Shown: positions 1-11,586 of the stretch, piece by piece | How positions within the stretch are numbered: the stretch's first letter is position 1 | Layout of the letters: each line of letters starts with the position of its first letter | Translations under genes and position numbers: made by a program | Notes under the pieces: model-generated | Databases searched by the model: none | What the model was told of the DNA's origin: nothing | The model's input: the letters and a program-made list of their open reading frames with translations, nothing else | Origin: Octopus bimaculoides | Lineage: Eukaryota | Assembly: GCF_001194135.2 (NCBI RefSeq) | Contig: NC_068982.1 | Span: 179,244,553-179,308,518, forward strand | DNA length: 63,966 nt | Direction of reading: 5' to 3'

Positions 1-137
1 CTATTCACAATGAATCAATAGAGGCACTATTCACAATGAATCAATAGAGGCACTATTCACAATGAATCAATAGAGGCACTATTCACAATGAATCAATAGA
101 GGCACTATTCACAATGAATCAATAGAGGCACTATTCA
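1..137. repeat. 26-bp perfect tandem repeat (CTATTCACAATGAATCAATAGAGGCA) x5 plus a partial unit; may continue left of the window
   Basis: Identical units at 1-26, 27-52, 53-78, 79-104, 105-130 and CTATTCA at 131-137; no spacers. Confidence 0.97.
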
Positions 138-539
138 ACTTTGTAAAGAAATGTTTGACTTTGCACGTGCTACAGCCAAAGACATGCAAGCAAAAAGTTT
201 CTGGACCTGATGTTAAGCAGCCACGTTAATACTATCCATAATATCGTAGTTTGTCACATTCTCTTCCTTTGATATGGAACCATTTTGGCAGATATTTGCG
301 GATACAATTCCCAGCATTTGCCCAAACCACACTCTATTAAAACTTAAGGACAAAAATAAAGAAGTCTCTCAAGAGAGAAAAGAATCATTGAGAAAATATT
401 GAAAAAAATTCACAGAAAAATTATCAATCAGCTGAAATACTTCCAGCAGCGATTCCCTACCTGATAGCAATAAGAATCTAAGAAAAAAATAAAATACATC
501 GTTTCCAGAGCAGGTTGAGGACGATTATTAATAATAATC

Positions 540-830
540 AAAGAGCCGCTGATGAACGCAGAGCTATTGCGAAAATTAAACTCATGCCTAGTGACATATT
601 TAACAAAGAACGTACGGTTGCCCTTTCATCTATCAGTCCGCCAGTTATCACGTCATGGTGGAAATGCTACAATATTAAACTATTGTGGTATAATCGTGAA
701 TACATCTCTAAAATGCTATTGTAAGTTAAGCCTATCACAGAATTATACGAGCCATGATTTACTTTGCGAACTCAACAATGAGGTGCAGCATATTAATGAC
801 ACAAACATTGAAAATATGGCATAAATCAGT
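540..830 (+). mobile_element. Probable decayed hAT transposase fragment (ZMYM1-like/DUF4371 region)
   Basis: ORF 552-824 NAELLRKLNSCLVTYL..LPF..S..GGN..L...NYTSHDLLCEL resembles the recalled hAT/ZMYM1-like pattern NRELLRKII.CV.FL.RQ.LPFRGH...N.GNF.ELL...YTS.DIQNELI. Alignment by eye only. Confidence 0.45.
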
Positions 831-1623
831 TTACGATTTAGTTTACGTTAACAAAACTGTCAACTATTCCCCAAAGTTAACCAGTACCCTTCGCATAACG
901 TTGTCTGTCATCATAATCTACCGATGGAATTAGGTGCAGTCATAACATATTACCTCGAAAGTTGAATGCACCAAGTATTAGGTGACGGTACATGTCTATT
1001 TTCCGAATCTATTGTCTTTCATGTGATTATTTAATTTCCAGTGACACTGTCTCTTTCTATGACCAATACCAAATCTCATTAAGGGATTTGATATTGGTCA
1101 TAGAATTAAACTAACAAATGCAAGTTTCTCTCATCGTAATCACTATGTCGTACGCTCAGATGTTCACCCAAGCAGACATTTTTTTTCTTATCAGAACACC
1201 AAAGCACAGAATCAAGAAATGTTCTCTATCCCAGACATCTTGCTGAATAAAACATTTTCCTGTTGAAATGGTCGTTGTTTGTTTTGCATCTTAATGGAAA
1301 ATTACACGAAAATATTAAGATATTATTTTCATAAGTAACTAACTTTAAATAATCAACTATGTCACAATGCTTTACACATCATAGATGGCTGGACACAATT
1401 CAAATTTAGTTATGTGTCTGCATAAAATATATGCAAATAGACGGGCATTAAAAAGCAACTGCGTAAAACATGGTGTAAGTTAAAAAATTTAATTGAACAA
1501 AATTGTTTCTGTGAAGCACTCAGACAACACTAAATGACTCAGCTAAAATATGTATATATATAGATACACACATACTCCAGGCGCATATACACACGTACAC
1601 ATATACATATGTATTATAACATA

Positions 1624-2518
1624 TACGAGGTCTGATCAATAAGTATCCGGAGTTGCCATATTAACGAAGCAAAAGCACGCCGTGTAACGCCGCTCGGTAA
1701 AGATTGACCTTAAACTCTGATTGCATACGCACTAAGTTTCAACGTTCTAGCTCACTTCCGCTGTTTACAGCAGTGTTCGGAAGGAAGGTGTGTAGCGTGT
1801 GATCGTCACATTGACCATGGCAGAGAACAGTGTCATGGCGATACATGCTCACAAGCCTACGTAGAGTTGCAGAACGTGCATGGAGAGGATACTATGAGCC
1901 GCACGCAGGTGTACGAATGGTTCTGGCGTATCCAAGATGGCCAAAAAATTGTCAATATTGACGAGCACTCTGGGAGACACGCAACCAGCAGAATTGAGAA
2001 AGACATCGCAGATGTGCGTGCAGCTGTGAGGGGAAATCGTCGAATCACCATCCGTGAGTTATCAGAGAATGTGCGGATTAATTACGGTTCAGTTCAGTTC
2101 AGTCCATTAACACTGAAGATTTGGGTATGAGACGCGTGTCTGCCAAGTTTGTACCAAAACTACTTCCAGCGGACCAAAAAGACACTCGGGTTTCAGGTCT
2201 CCTTGTTTGTGTCAAGAACGATGATAAAGTTTTGAAAACTTTGCGTAGGCCTCTGAGCAGGTGTCTCTAGGTTTTTGGCAAAATTTGATGCAGTTTCTAT
2301 GCTCAACTTCTTTCTCTGTCATGTTCAATGCGACGATCACACGCTACACACCTTCCTTCCAAGCACTGCGAATGTCAGCTAGAATGTTAAATCTTAGTGC
2401 ACATGCAGAGCAGAGTTCAAGGTCAATCTGTACCAAGCGGCTTTACTCTGCATGCTTTAACTTCGTTAATATGGATATTTATTAGAACAGTTCGGATACT
2501 TATTGATGAGACCTCGTA
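1624..2518 (+). mobile_element. Non-autonomous mariner element made of two 5' arms in inverted orientation
   Basis: Termini TA-CGAGGTCTGATCAATAAGTATCCG and CGGATACTTATTGATGAGACCTCG-TA. The forward arm encodes GEDTMSRTQVYEWF..SGR..NRRITIREL..MRRVSAKFVPKLL. The reverse arm (about 2240-2518) encodes MTEKEVEHRNCIKFCQK, a mariner N-terminus. Confidence 0.93.
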
Positions 2519-3394
2519 CGATTAATATATAGGAAGGTTCTCAAATTTGAAGCCGGTTTGATACATGCCATGGACGAAACTCTCCGTCCTTGAGTCACTT
2601 TCAAACTTCTGCCGATTAAAATATGAAGTATATATGTATATGTATAAGCATGTGTGTGTTTGTGTGTGTATGTATGTATGTGTGTATATTTATATAAGGA
2701 GTATTAAAGAACAATTTTAACTAATGCATAATAAAACAATATTTTAAATAAAATTTCTATAATTTCTTTAGAATCATAGATAAATTAAGAATGCTTCAAG
2801 GATTTTATGTGGTAATACTTAGTATAAAATCTGAAAAATTTTAAAATTTGTATCTATGTTTTGAATTGATTTATATTAGAAAAAAAGATTACGATGAATT
2901 TCGTGTTAGCCTAAAGGAGCAGCGGTTTGTGTTAATTTAAAATTCAGAAGATTGACAGGTCAAAGAGAGATAATATTTCTAACATTTGCTTCGGTAAAAT
3001 CTTTAAATGAAGTAGTAAACGACCCCAAATGACTGGAAAGTTAGAATAAGACAGAATAAAACGATGCAATTTAGAAAAGGCCTAAGTAAATCCGTAAAGT
3101 AAGAACACAATATTATTTAGAGCTGTTAGTTGTGGTAGATCAAAGACTGTATAACTTTAGACTGAAACATGGAACGTTTATTTTAACAAAATAATCATTG
3201 TCTAAAGCTATAATACATAAGATTTCAGTGTTGATTTGAAATATAAATTTTCAGTTGATAAACCATAATAAAAGATCATCCGATTAATCTGCGCGTGGCA
3301 AAAAGTACATGTGCACCCTTAAGGTTATTCTGAGGAGAAATCAGCCTAAAAAGACGAATCCTTGACACAAGTGTCCCAAATTCTCCGAAAGATT

Positions 3395-3540
3395 TCTACA
3401 GCTTCCTTTACTGAACTCTCACAGACTATGGAGTAAAGCGCGGCCATGGTAAAAGATATTCACCCAAAATATCGTGCGGTAAGATTTAATGCACGACATC
3501 GCGTCTGCAGTTCAAAATTTGTGACTATTCGTCCGTGCTG
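3395..3540 (-). mobile_element. Highly decayed SINE copy related to 45095-45505
   Basis: Scattered similarity to the SINE head at 45360-45500 (e.g. ctctcacagactatgg..ggccatggtaaaagatattcacccaa..gcggtaagatttaa). Confidence 0.4.
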
Positions 3541-4563
3541 TATTCACTGTGTAATGATATGTTATGCTAGAAAAAGAAAACTTCAAAAAGATAATGTTCA
3601 AACAGATTGATGGAAACCCACAGCGAACTGACTATTATAGATTTGGAATGGACACGTAGAGTTATGTAACGAATGCTTGGGAATCAATAAGCCATCGCGA
3701 AGATGTGAAATATATTTTTAGATATATTGCTTCAGAAGAAACATTTTAAATTAGCGTACAGGCATGGCAAAAATTGTTGCTATGCAGCGAAAAGTGAATA
3801 AAAATCCTAGTTTGAAATCAAGTGTCTATGTGACATATGATCTAATATTAAATATATAATGTTGGGTTTCAATAATATAATAGCAAAACAAATATCGTGT
3901 TAGAACTAAGAAATGTAAATAGAAAATAACTTATTAGAGATGCCAGTTTGACAGTGACAAATGAATATATAATGTACAGGATTGTATATTTGCAGTAGCA
4001 ATCAAAAATCTATCTGAAGAACGTATGAAGCCAATATGTTAGAACAACGATCCGGCAATAATGCTCGACATATAAATGTTCGATCATCTGAACGAGAGTA
4101 TCGTAAGATCACATATAAATGATAGACACTCTACTCATGTTAGAACACCACTATGGTGGTCAGCGTTATATATGTATGATCATATATTTACCCAATCTGA
4201 CTTGAACTAAGGCTGAATAATTGAAACTGGATTTAAAGTCGGAGCGATGATTCAGAAATGCAAATAATGGTTTCTCTAGCCAGTGGTTGGCATGTATAAG
4301 CCATCGGCCGAAATTTAAAATCTCATCTCAGTCAACGGAAATTTTACAATAAATTTTACTGTAATACCGGCACTGAGTCACTTCATCACTAAATGTTTCT
4401 CTGGTCTTCTTAATGTAAGTTTAAACTACTAACCTCAGCATAAGACAGACAGGCCGATACATATAATATATGTGTGTGTATAAGTCTAGACATACATAGA
4501 CGTATACATGCATAAGGCTGACCACAATATTGTTGTTCTAATATGTGCGGAGTGTCTATCGTT

Positions 4564-4633
4564 TATAGTAGAAGACACTTGCCGAAGGTGCCACGCAGTG
4601 GGACTGAACCCGGAACCATGTGGTTGGTAAGCA
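4564..4633 (-). mobile_element. tRNA-derived SINE head fragment
   Basis: tatagtagaagacacttgccgaaggtgccacgcagtgggactgaacccggaaccatgtggttggtaagca closely matches 45411-45480; the minus strand carries the B-box-like GGTTCAGTCC. Confidence 0.85.
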
Positions 4634-5473
4634 TTTTGTATACATTGTATATATTTCATCAATGATCAGCAACAATCTGTACGATTCTTGTTACTTCCTT
4701 TTGCATCTCTTCCGAGATTTCTTTATAACATTCGACGAAAATTTTTCCAAGTAATTAAATATAAATATGAAAAAGTTTAGGATATGACAGAAAATAATAA
4801 AGATGTAAATGCATTCACTCTATGAAGAAGATGTGTCAGAAAATAATGGATGCTTACATTCTTATCACAAATAAATCATTCTAATATTTAAATTAGTTTC
4901 ACTCATTCTAGTTCACGCTGCGCTGTTCATGAAATGTACTGTTTAATACTCTAATTGTATGCATTTCTGTATTACTGCATTGTTATATTTAACCATGTTA
5001 TTCAGATTTCCTAGTCCCGCATTTCATTCTGCTTTTGTACACTGTTTAACCTATGACAAAAGTTCGTTTTGAGAACCCCCTTCACACACACACGCACACA
5101 ACCACACACACACACACACAAGCACACACGCACAAGCGCACACACACACACACAATAAATATACATTATGTGTCTGATATTTTTAACCAAGACGTTACAA
5201 TCGTATCAGATGTCACTCAAAACGGAATTACTCGAGTCGAATGCACAGCCTTTCATGAGTCATGATGTTTCATTGTAACGTATCTATATATTATAAATAT
5301 ATATATTTTTTNNNNNNNNNNNNNNNNNNNNNNNNNNNNNNNNNNNNNNNNNNNNNNNNNNNNNNNNNNNNNNNNNNNNNNNNNNNNNNNNNNNNNNNNN
5401 NNNNNATATATATATATATATATATAGGCATGTGAATATAAATATATATACCTGCCCCCAAAATCTTATGGGT

Positions 5474-6458
5474 TACAAAGGACAGTTACGCAAACTGCGA
5501 AGTTTTGAATATGCAATTTGTATTCTTCGCAAGTTGAGAAATTTGTGTTTTTGCAATCACGTGTATGTGATTTTGTCATGGACAGTAACAAAGGACCAAC
5601 GTGAAAATTTGCGTTAAGCTTGGGAAATCTGCTACAAAAACAATGAGCGTGCTTCGGCAAGCTTGCGGCAAAGTGGCAATGGCTCGTTCGCAAGGGATCG
5701 AGTGACAGAGGTGCTTCAAAAATGGAAGAACGTCTCTGGAAACCGATGAGAGATCTGAGAGACCTACCACGGGTGTCGATATTGTGCCTGAGGATCGTCG
5801 GAGGATAATCAACAACATTGCTAATGTTGTTCGTCTGTCATATGGGTCTGTGCAGACTATCCGAACTTTGGAATTGAACATGCAGCATGTCTCTGTCAGG
5901 TTTGTCCCCCGCCAGCAGAACACTGCGCAGAAAGAACAACGTGTCGAAGTCTGTCAAGATCTCCGTCGGCGTGCCACTGATGACCCATCCTTTATGTCAA
6001 GGATCATCACCGGTGTCCAGGGTTGAATCTACGGATACCACCCTGAGACGAAGCAGCTGTCGTCACAAGGGAAGAGCCCTTCATCTCCACGACCGAAGAA
6101 GGCACAACAGAGGCACAACTGAAGGTACGTGCACTGGGCATTCAACCCCAGGGCCAGACCGTCAGTCGACGATCTGCGACGATCTGAAGCGACAGAGGGA
6201 GGACATTTGGCGAAAAGGACCGGATCTGTGGATCGCGAAGAATTGGATTATTCACGACAACAATGAACCCTGTCACCGAGGTCTCCTCAGTCGTGAGTTC
6301 CTCGCTAAAAATAGCATGGTATTGCTTCAGCACCTGTCCTGTTCGAAAGATTTAGCACCTGTAGACATCCATCTCTTTTCGAAGACAAAAATGCAGCTGA
6401 AGGTCACCGTTTTAACACTGTTGACGATATCTCGTGCGAATCGGAGGTCCTTGACTCG
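5474..6458 (+). mobile_element. Mariner (DD34D-type) transposase pseudogene
   Basis: Frameshifted pieces starting at ATG 5578: VKLGKSATKT, RFVPRQQ..QKEQRVEVCQDL..DDPSFMSRIITG, YHPETKQLSSQGKSPSSPRPKK, NWIIHDNNEPCH..SREFLAKN..SKDLAPVDIHLF. Confidence 0.93.
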
Positions 6459-6465
6459 CACATGT

Positions 6466-6496
6466 ATATATATATATATATATATACATGTGCGCG

Positions 6497-6569
<73 letters not shown>

Positions 6570-6606
6570 GTGCGTGCGTGCGTGTTTATATGTATATATA
6601 TATATA
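6466..6606. repeat. Compound (TA)n/(TG)n microsatellite
   Basis: Seen directly in the sequence. Confidence 0.95.
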
Positions 6607-7187
6607 CATTTCACCAATGATTCTTGGTCGTGATACTTGAGTCTCAGGACAAACATTAAAAGACTCAGCTTCAATTTTAATAAAAATATCTTTCTTTCTT
6701 TCTTTCTTTCTTTCTATATATACATATACATGTAAGATCTAGAGATCGAGGTGTAGGAAGAAAGTTAGCTTCAAGCAATCCGTAGATACAACTTTCAGGC
6801 ACAATAGCGGTTTATTGAGATGGAAAGTTGTGGAATGTTTTCGTATCAAAGTATCAAACGTAACTATTATATCGTATTCTTCCCTTCCTTTTTGAGGTTT
6901 ACTACTCACTTTAGTAAACCTCCACCCACGTACCATTTTCTGTACTCATCCCTCCACTTAGTGCATTTCAAACATGTCACACCACCTCCCACTTCTCACA
7001 CGTATCCCTTCCCTACTCTTCTCCCATCCCCCACATAATATTTTGACCACCAACTAACACTCCTTTATTCATTTTCTCTTCCTCTTTCTTTTCTTTATTC
7101 TTTCCACATCTATTCCTTTTGCCCATTCCCCTCATTTTAACATACACATCTTTTCTTTCCTCTCTCTCTCTCTACTTAATGTTATCA

Positions 7188-7366
7188 TTAAATTCTGGAA
7201 ATTTCTTTCGCACCACAAGACCTCTCTGAATGAATAGCACATGGATTTACGTCTCTACACTTTCCATTTGTATTGACAAAATATGAACTCCAATCGGAAT
7301 TTTCATACCCTGGACAAGAAGCATTTCTACCACTTTTACGCACCACTTTCCTTGGATGATGGAACT
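7188..7366 (-). CDS. Candidate exon with an EGF-like signature (unconfirmed)
   Basis: Open frame FHHPRK..ASCPGYENSDWSSYFVNTNGKCRDVNPCAIHSERSCGAKEISRI* follows a CAG; GKCRDVNPC resembles a C.D.NEC EGF junction. The acceptor pyrimidine tract is poor. Confidence 0.2.
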
Positions 7367-7505
7367 GCAACTATAACATCCCACGTATATTTTGATTTTT
7401 ACTTTTATTCTCTTATTTCCCTTTATACTTCTTATTTCCATCCTTTGCCAAAATAACTCCTTATACTGAATTCTACTATTTCCCTCTATTTAACTATCTC
7501 ACATC

Positions 7506-7553
7506 GTCTCTGATGAAGGGATATCCCTAATATCCCAGAAACAGCTGTAAGAC
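7506..7553 (+). ncRNA. Minimal type I hammerhead ribozyme motif (PLE-type)
   Basis: GTCT-CTGATGA-A-GGGATAT/CCCTA/ATATCCC-A-GAAA-C-AGCT-G-TA-AGAC: stem I GTCT:AGAC, core CUGAUGA, 7-bp stem II, GAAA, palindromic stem III loop AGCU, GUA cleavage triplet. Confidence 0.75.
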
Positions 7554-7617
7554 TAACTTTCTCTTTATAAATGTCCTGAAAATTCCACACATCCATGGCA
7601 TTGTTCTCTCATTTAAT

Positions 7618-7719
<102 letters not shown>

Positions 7720-7832
7720 AAGTATGTAAACAAACGACATAACGTATAATGAATGTAAAAACGACGGGAGACAAAGAGAAGGCCCATAATTCTTCATCGG
7801 TTATCGACCAATCGTACTGTTTAGCTTCTCAC

Positions 7833-7889
7833 CTTTAACGATAAGACTGAATGCTTCCCAATTGGCGGTGCACGCAAAAAAAAGTTTCC
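7833..7889 (-). other. Candidate 57-nt internal exon
   Basis: Strong acceptor (ttgttttgttttgtttgcttatgtctttaattctacgcag) and donor (AAG|GTGAGA); length divisible by 3; two of three frames open (GNFFLRAPPIGKHSVLSLK or KLFFACTANWEAFSLIVK). Confidence 0.4.
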
Positions 7890-8123
7890 CTGCGTAGAAT
7901 TAAAGACATAAGCAAACAAAACAAAACAAGCAATACGACACGGAGTGTGATTTAGAACGGTGGACGAGGACGAACAGTCGATCAAAATACTGCCTTGGGG
8001 CCAAAGAGATGAGAATAGTGGGTAACGCTTAGAAAATGTTTGGAAGTATGGAGAACGTAGAGACAGATTTTGCGACTGGTCAGCTAAGGGACCAGTGTAA
8101 GAAAGCAAGAAAAAGAGGAACTC

Positions 8124-8146
8124 GCTGCTGGTCACGTGACAGCAGC
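8124..8146. promoter_or_regulatory. CLEAR-type E-box GTCACGTGAC within a near-perfect palindrome
   Basis: GCTGCT-G-GTCACGTGAC-AGCAGC in a locally more GC/CpG-rich segment (about 7850-8250). Confidence 0.35.
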
Positions 8147-8404
8147 AAACAGGGGAGAAAGACAGCAGGGAGAGTGAACGACAGAGCCAAAAAGGGGAAG
8201 TGGATGAAAGGGAAGGAGAAAGGCTAGGAATACAAGAGGGTGAAAAACTAGGAAAACATATATATATACACGCATGCACACATATAATATATATATGTAT
8301 ATATACATATATATATAGACACGCACTCACACAGACACGTACACACACGCACACAAATACACACACACATAAACACAAACTTGCACATATGTATATGAAT
8401 ATAT

Positions 8405-8530
8405 ATGAGGGGCTTCCGCATAGTTTCCGCCCACTTAATTTGCACACAATATTTCAATTGGCTTATAGTGGAAGACGCCTTATGCGCCGAGAAGAGGAAC
8501 TGAATCCGAAATTCACATACTTGTTCAGAT
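8405..8530 (-). mobile_element. Decayed SINE head related to 45095-45505
   Basis: gaggggcttccgcatagtttccg..ttatagtggaagacgcc..aggaactgaatccgaaa parallels 45348-45470. Confidence 0.55.
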
Positions 8531-8618
8531 AACTTCTTAAAACAAACATGCCTGCATCTATGTGTATGTTTGTATGTATTTATTTGCGTGTGTATGTATG
8601 TATACATCAATGTAGTGT

Positions 8619-8829
8619 TATTTCTTTACTACCCACAAGGGGCTACACACAGAGGGGACAAACAAAGACAGACAAACGGATTAAGTCGATTATATCGACC
8701 CCAGTGCGTAACTGGTACTTATTTAATCGACCCCGAAAGGATGAAAGGCAAAGTCGACCTCGGCGGAATTTGAACTCAGAACGTAGCGGCAGACGAAATA
8801 CCGCTAAGCATTTCGCTCGGCGCGCTAAC
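8619..8829 (-). mobile_element. tRNA-derived SINE (second family), well preserved
   Basis: Minus strand gttagcgcgccg..aaatgcttagcggtatttcg..gagttcaaattcc (B box)..gtcgactttgcctttcatcctttcggggtcgattaaataagtaccag; homologous to 17188-17330. Confidence 0.9.
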
Positions 8830-9959
8830 ATTTATTTACATATATATATTTATCGGTATATATATATGAATGTAGTATGATTGCATGTATGCATACGCGC
8901 ATACTCATATACATGTGTATATGTCTAGTCTGTATACATGTTCATATGTATAACCATACAAACACACAAACACACAAACATATGAGTGCCTAGACATTTT
9001 TGTTTTAGGATTTTGCTTTTGAAAGGCTCAGTTATTACAACATTCTGTCGGTCGGCGAAATAAATGCGTAAAATGAAGTGCATCGTTGATTTAATACATA
9101 CTCATTTCTCTCTACTACATAAATGTGCAGCCACATATAAGCGTTTCCCTTGTACTTACAATTTATACATATATTTATTTTAATGTCCCTTCATAAATAT
9201 GAATTTCCACTGATACATAAGCACTCAAGCATCTTGTTATGTTCAGAGAGCAGCATCCACATTGTGTGATAGATTGTAGCAATAACGTCCTACCACCTAT
9301 ATATAAGGTGAATGGTGTTTCATATAATATTTTTCGCCAACACAAATATTTCTCGCCTGCTTAGTGGAATTATCCACTTCTTGCACATTGTTGTAATAAC
9401 CAGAATACGGTCATTGACTCGCAAGATAATTTCTTACAGTGTTTATAAGTGCCATAAATAAAAAGGTTAGCTACCGTTGACGTATTTTAGGGCGGTCTTA
9501 GACCGTTGCTATCAAACCTAAAGTGCATTTTATGAATAGTGTCTCTCTCTGGTTTTCCGATAAAGATGACGCTAAGTTAGCTTTAAACGCCATATTTTGT
9601 TCTTATGGCGGTATTTGAAGTCAAACATTAGTCACGGGTATTTGTGTGTAAACGTATATGTATGATTTCTTTTTCTAAAATGTAAAGACACATATGAATA
9701 TATGCAGAAAATAAAGCCTAGAATTTATGTAGTTTTGTAGTTTTCTGGGCATTATTTCTGAGATTGCTTATTTTACATAAAGATTTGTATCTATTTTCTT
9801 TACCGCTATTTCATACATGATACACACATGCGTTCACACAATGCGAATGCACGCATGCACGTACACCCACACACATACACAAATACACATGCACACACAG
9901 GCACACACACATACACACACGTCGCACACACATACAGACATGTATTATGTGTGTGTATG

Positions 9960-10122
9960 TATTATTTACATACATCAAGTTGGATATATCTGGTGATGTT
10001 TGCACTAAAATAGATAGTAAAATTTCAAACAGATTTTTGCATCTATTTAAAATTTTCTTTCCTTATTAAATTATTTAACTAGTTACACGTTAAATTTTTT
10101 ATGTAAAAATACATTTAAAAGG
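9960..10122 (+). repeat. About 165-bp segment duplicated at 11391-11567
   Basis: Near-identical sequence; the second copy carries a 14-nt insertion (tgtatatacatgtg) and a few substitutions. Confidence 0.93.
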
Positions 10123-11013
10123 GAAAAAATGGCATATAGCTAACTATTTGCAGAAAATATGAGTGAAACTGTGTTATGCCATGTAAAGTTAAGGACATTA
10201 CCAGCATTAATGAAAAGAACAACAGCGAATCTTCTGAAGTGTTTTTCATATTTCTATTAAATATATTTCTACTATTATTGTGGAATCATGTCTAAATATG
10301 ATGTAACATTTCTCCTGCGTTTTCTGTTCGTAAACATCTTAAACCGCATTGGCGAGTACGTCATATGGAAGTTTGGCAAAGATTCAACACTAAGTTACTG
10401 CCTTGTCCTTTTCTACTTCTAAAACGAACTTCGCCCAAACCTCTGACACACTCCCCTCTCTAACTATTGTTTTAATATTTTCTCCTCATAATATCGATTT
10501 CTTATGTTTTCTCACTGTCCAAGCCTTTTCCTTCTGTCAATCACTAAAAAATCATTAATAAACTGAGAAGCTTTTGAAGAGCATGTGTACAATTCCTCCT
10601 GCGTGAAGAAACACAGACCCACGTATACAATACATACATACTTGCTCGCAGATACACGCAAACACATATATATACACATATACGCAAAAGAAAATACCGA
10701 CGCACAGAGGTAAATACACATGAAAGCACACCTACAAGCACATCATATTCACATATCCAGTCCCCTTATTGAGGGAATGTGTGGGTTTCAAATATTGGCT
10801 TGATTACCTATTGATTGAATCGAATCTTTTCCAGACAGATGAAGGTAAGGTCAGATTAAGAGTTATACAGCACCTTAATGTGCATCGCTGCGTGTTTATG
10901 TAGGAATGTATATTAGTATATTTTTAATACACGTCAGCCTCGTCGAGTTCAGCAGAGTAAAACATACTTAGGTTATTGCTCAGACTCGTTGATATTCACG
11001 AAGTAAATAATAA

Positions 11014-11246
11014 AGTTCCTTCCCTGTATAGACTCATAGGGCCAGTTTCCCTATTATATATATTCTCCTCCTCGATAGGACACTGGTCTGTTGCAGGATA
11101 ATTCATTTTTGCCAGCTGAGTGGACCTGAGCAACATGAAATGAAGTGTTTTCCTCAAGAACGCAACGCGTCGCCCGATCCAGGAATCCGAAGCACAATCT
11201 TACGATCATGAGTTCAACATCTATTCACTAAGCCACGTGACTCCAC
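11014..11246 (-). mobile_element. tRNA-derived SINE (third family)
   Basis: Minus strand starts gtggagtcacgtggcttagtg (A-box-like)..cttcggattcc (B-box-like), followed by gttgctcaggtccactcagctggcaaaaatga, a SINE-body-like segment. Confidence 0.7.
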
Positions 11247-11316
11247 CACAGAGGGATTAATACTGTTCTATATTATTTACATTCGACGGATATGTGTCCT
11301 CATCTTGCTTGTTGCT

Positions 11317-11362
11317 AAAAGAACGTTTCGGCTGATATACCCTGTAGCCTTCTTCAGCTCTC
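11317..11362 (-). ncRNA. Minimal type I hammerhead ribozyme motif with intact core
   Basis: Minus strand GAGAG-CTGAAGA-A-GGCT/ACAGGGTATATC/AGCC-GAAA-CG-TT-CTTTT: stem I 5 bp (2 G-U), core CUGAAGA, stem II 4 bp, GAAA, palindromic AACGUU stem III, GUU cleavage triplet. Confidence 0.8.
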
Positions 11363-11390
11363 TTGGGGAAATTTCGAATCTGGGTTCTCA

Positions 11391-11567
11391 TATTATTTAC
11401 ATACATCAAGTGTATATACATGTGTTGGATATATCTGGTGATGTTTGCACTAAAATAGATACTAAAATTTCAAACAAATTTTTGCATCTAGTTAAAATTT
11501 TCTTTCCTTATTAAATTATTTAACTAGTTACACATTAAATTTTCTATGTAAAAATAGGATTTAAAGG
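11391..11567 (+). repeat. Second copy of 9960-10122, lying between the tRNA-like cassette and the HHR
   Basis: Direct comparison; begins with TATTATTTACAT, also present at 11271-11282. Confidence 0.93.
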
Positions 11568-11586
11568 TATTTTTCGATATTATTAG

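Noticed and set aside
1-137. CRISPR array
   Set aside because: Units are contiguous with no spacers, and the context is eukaryotic.
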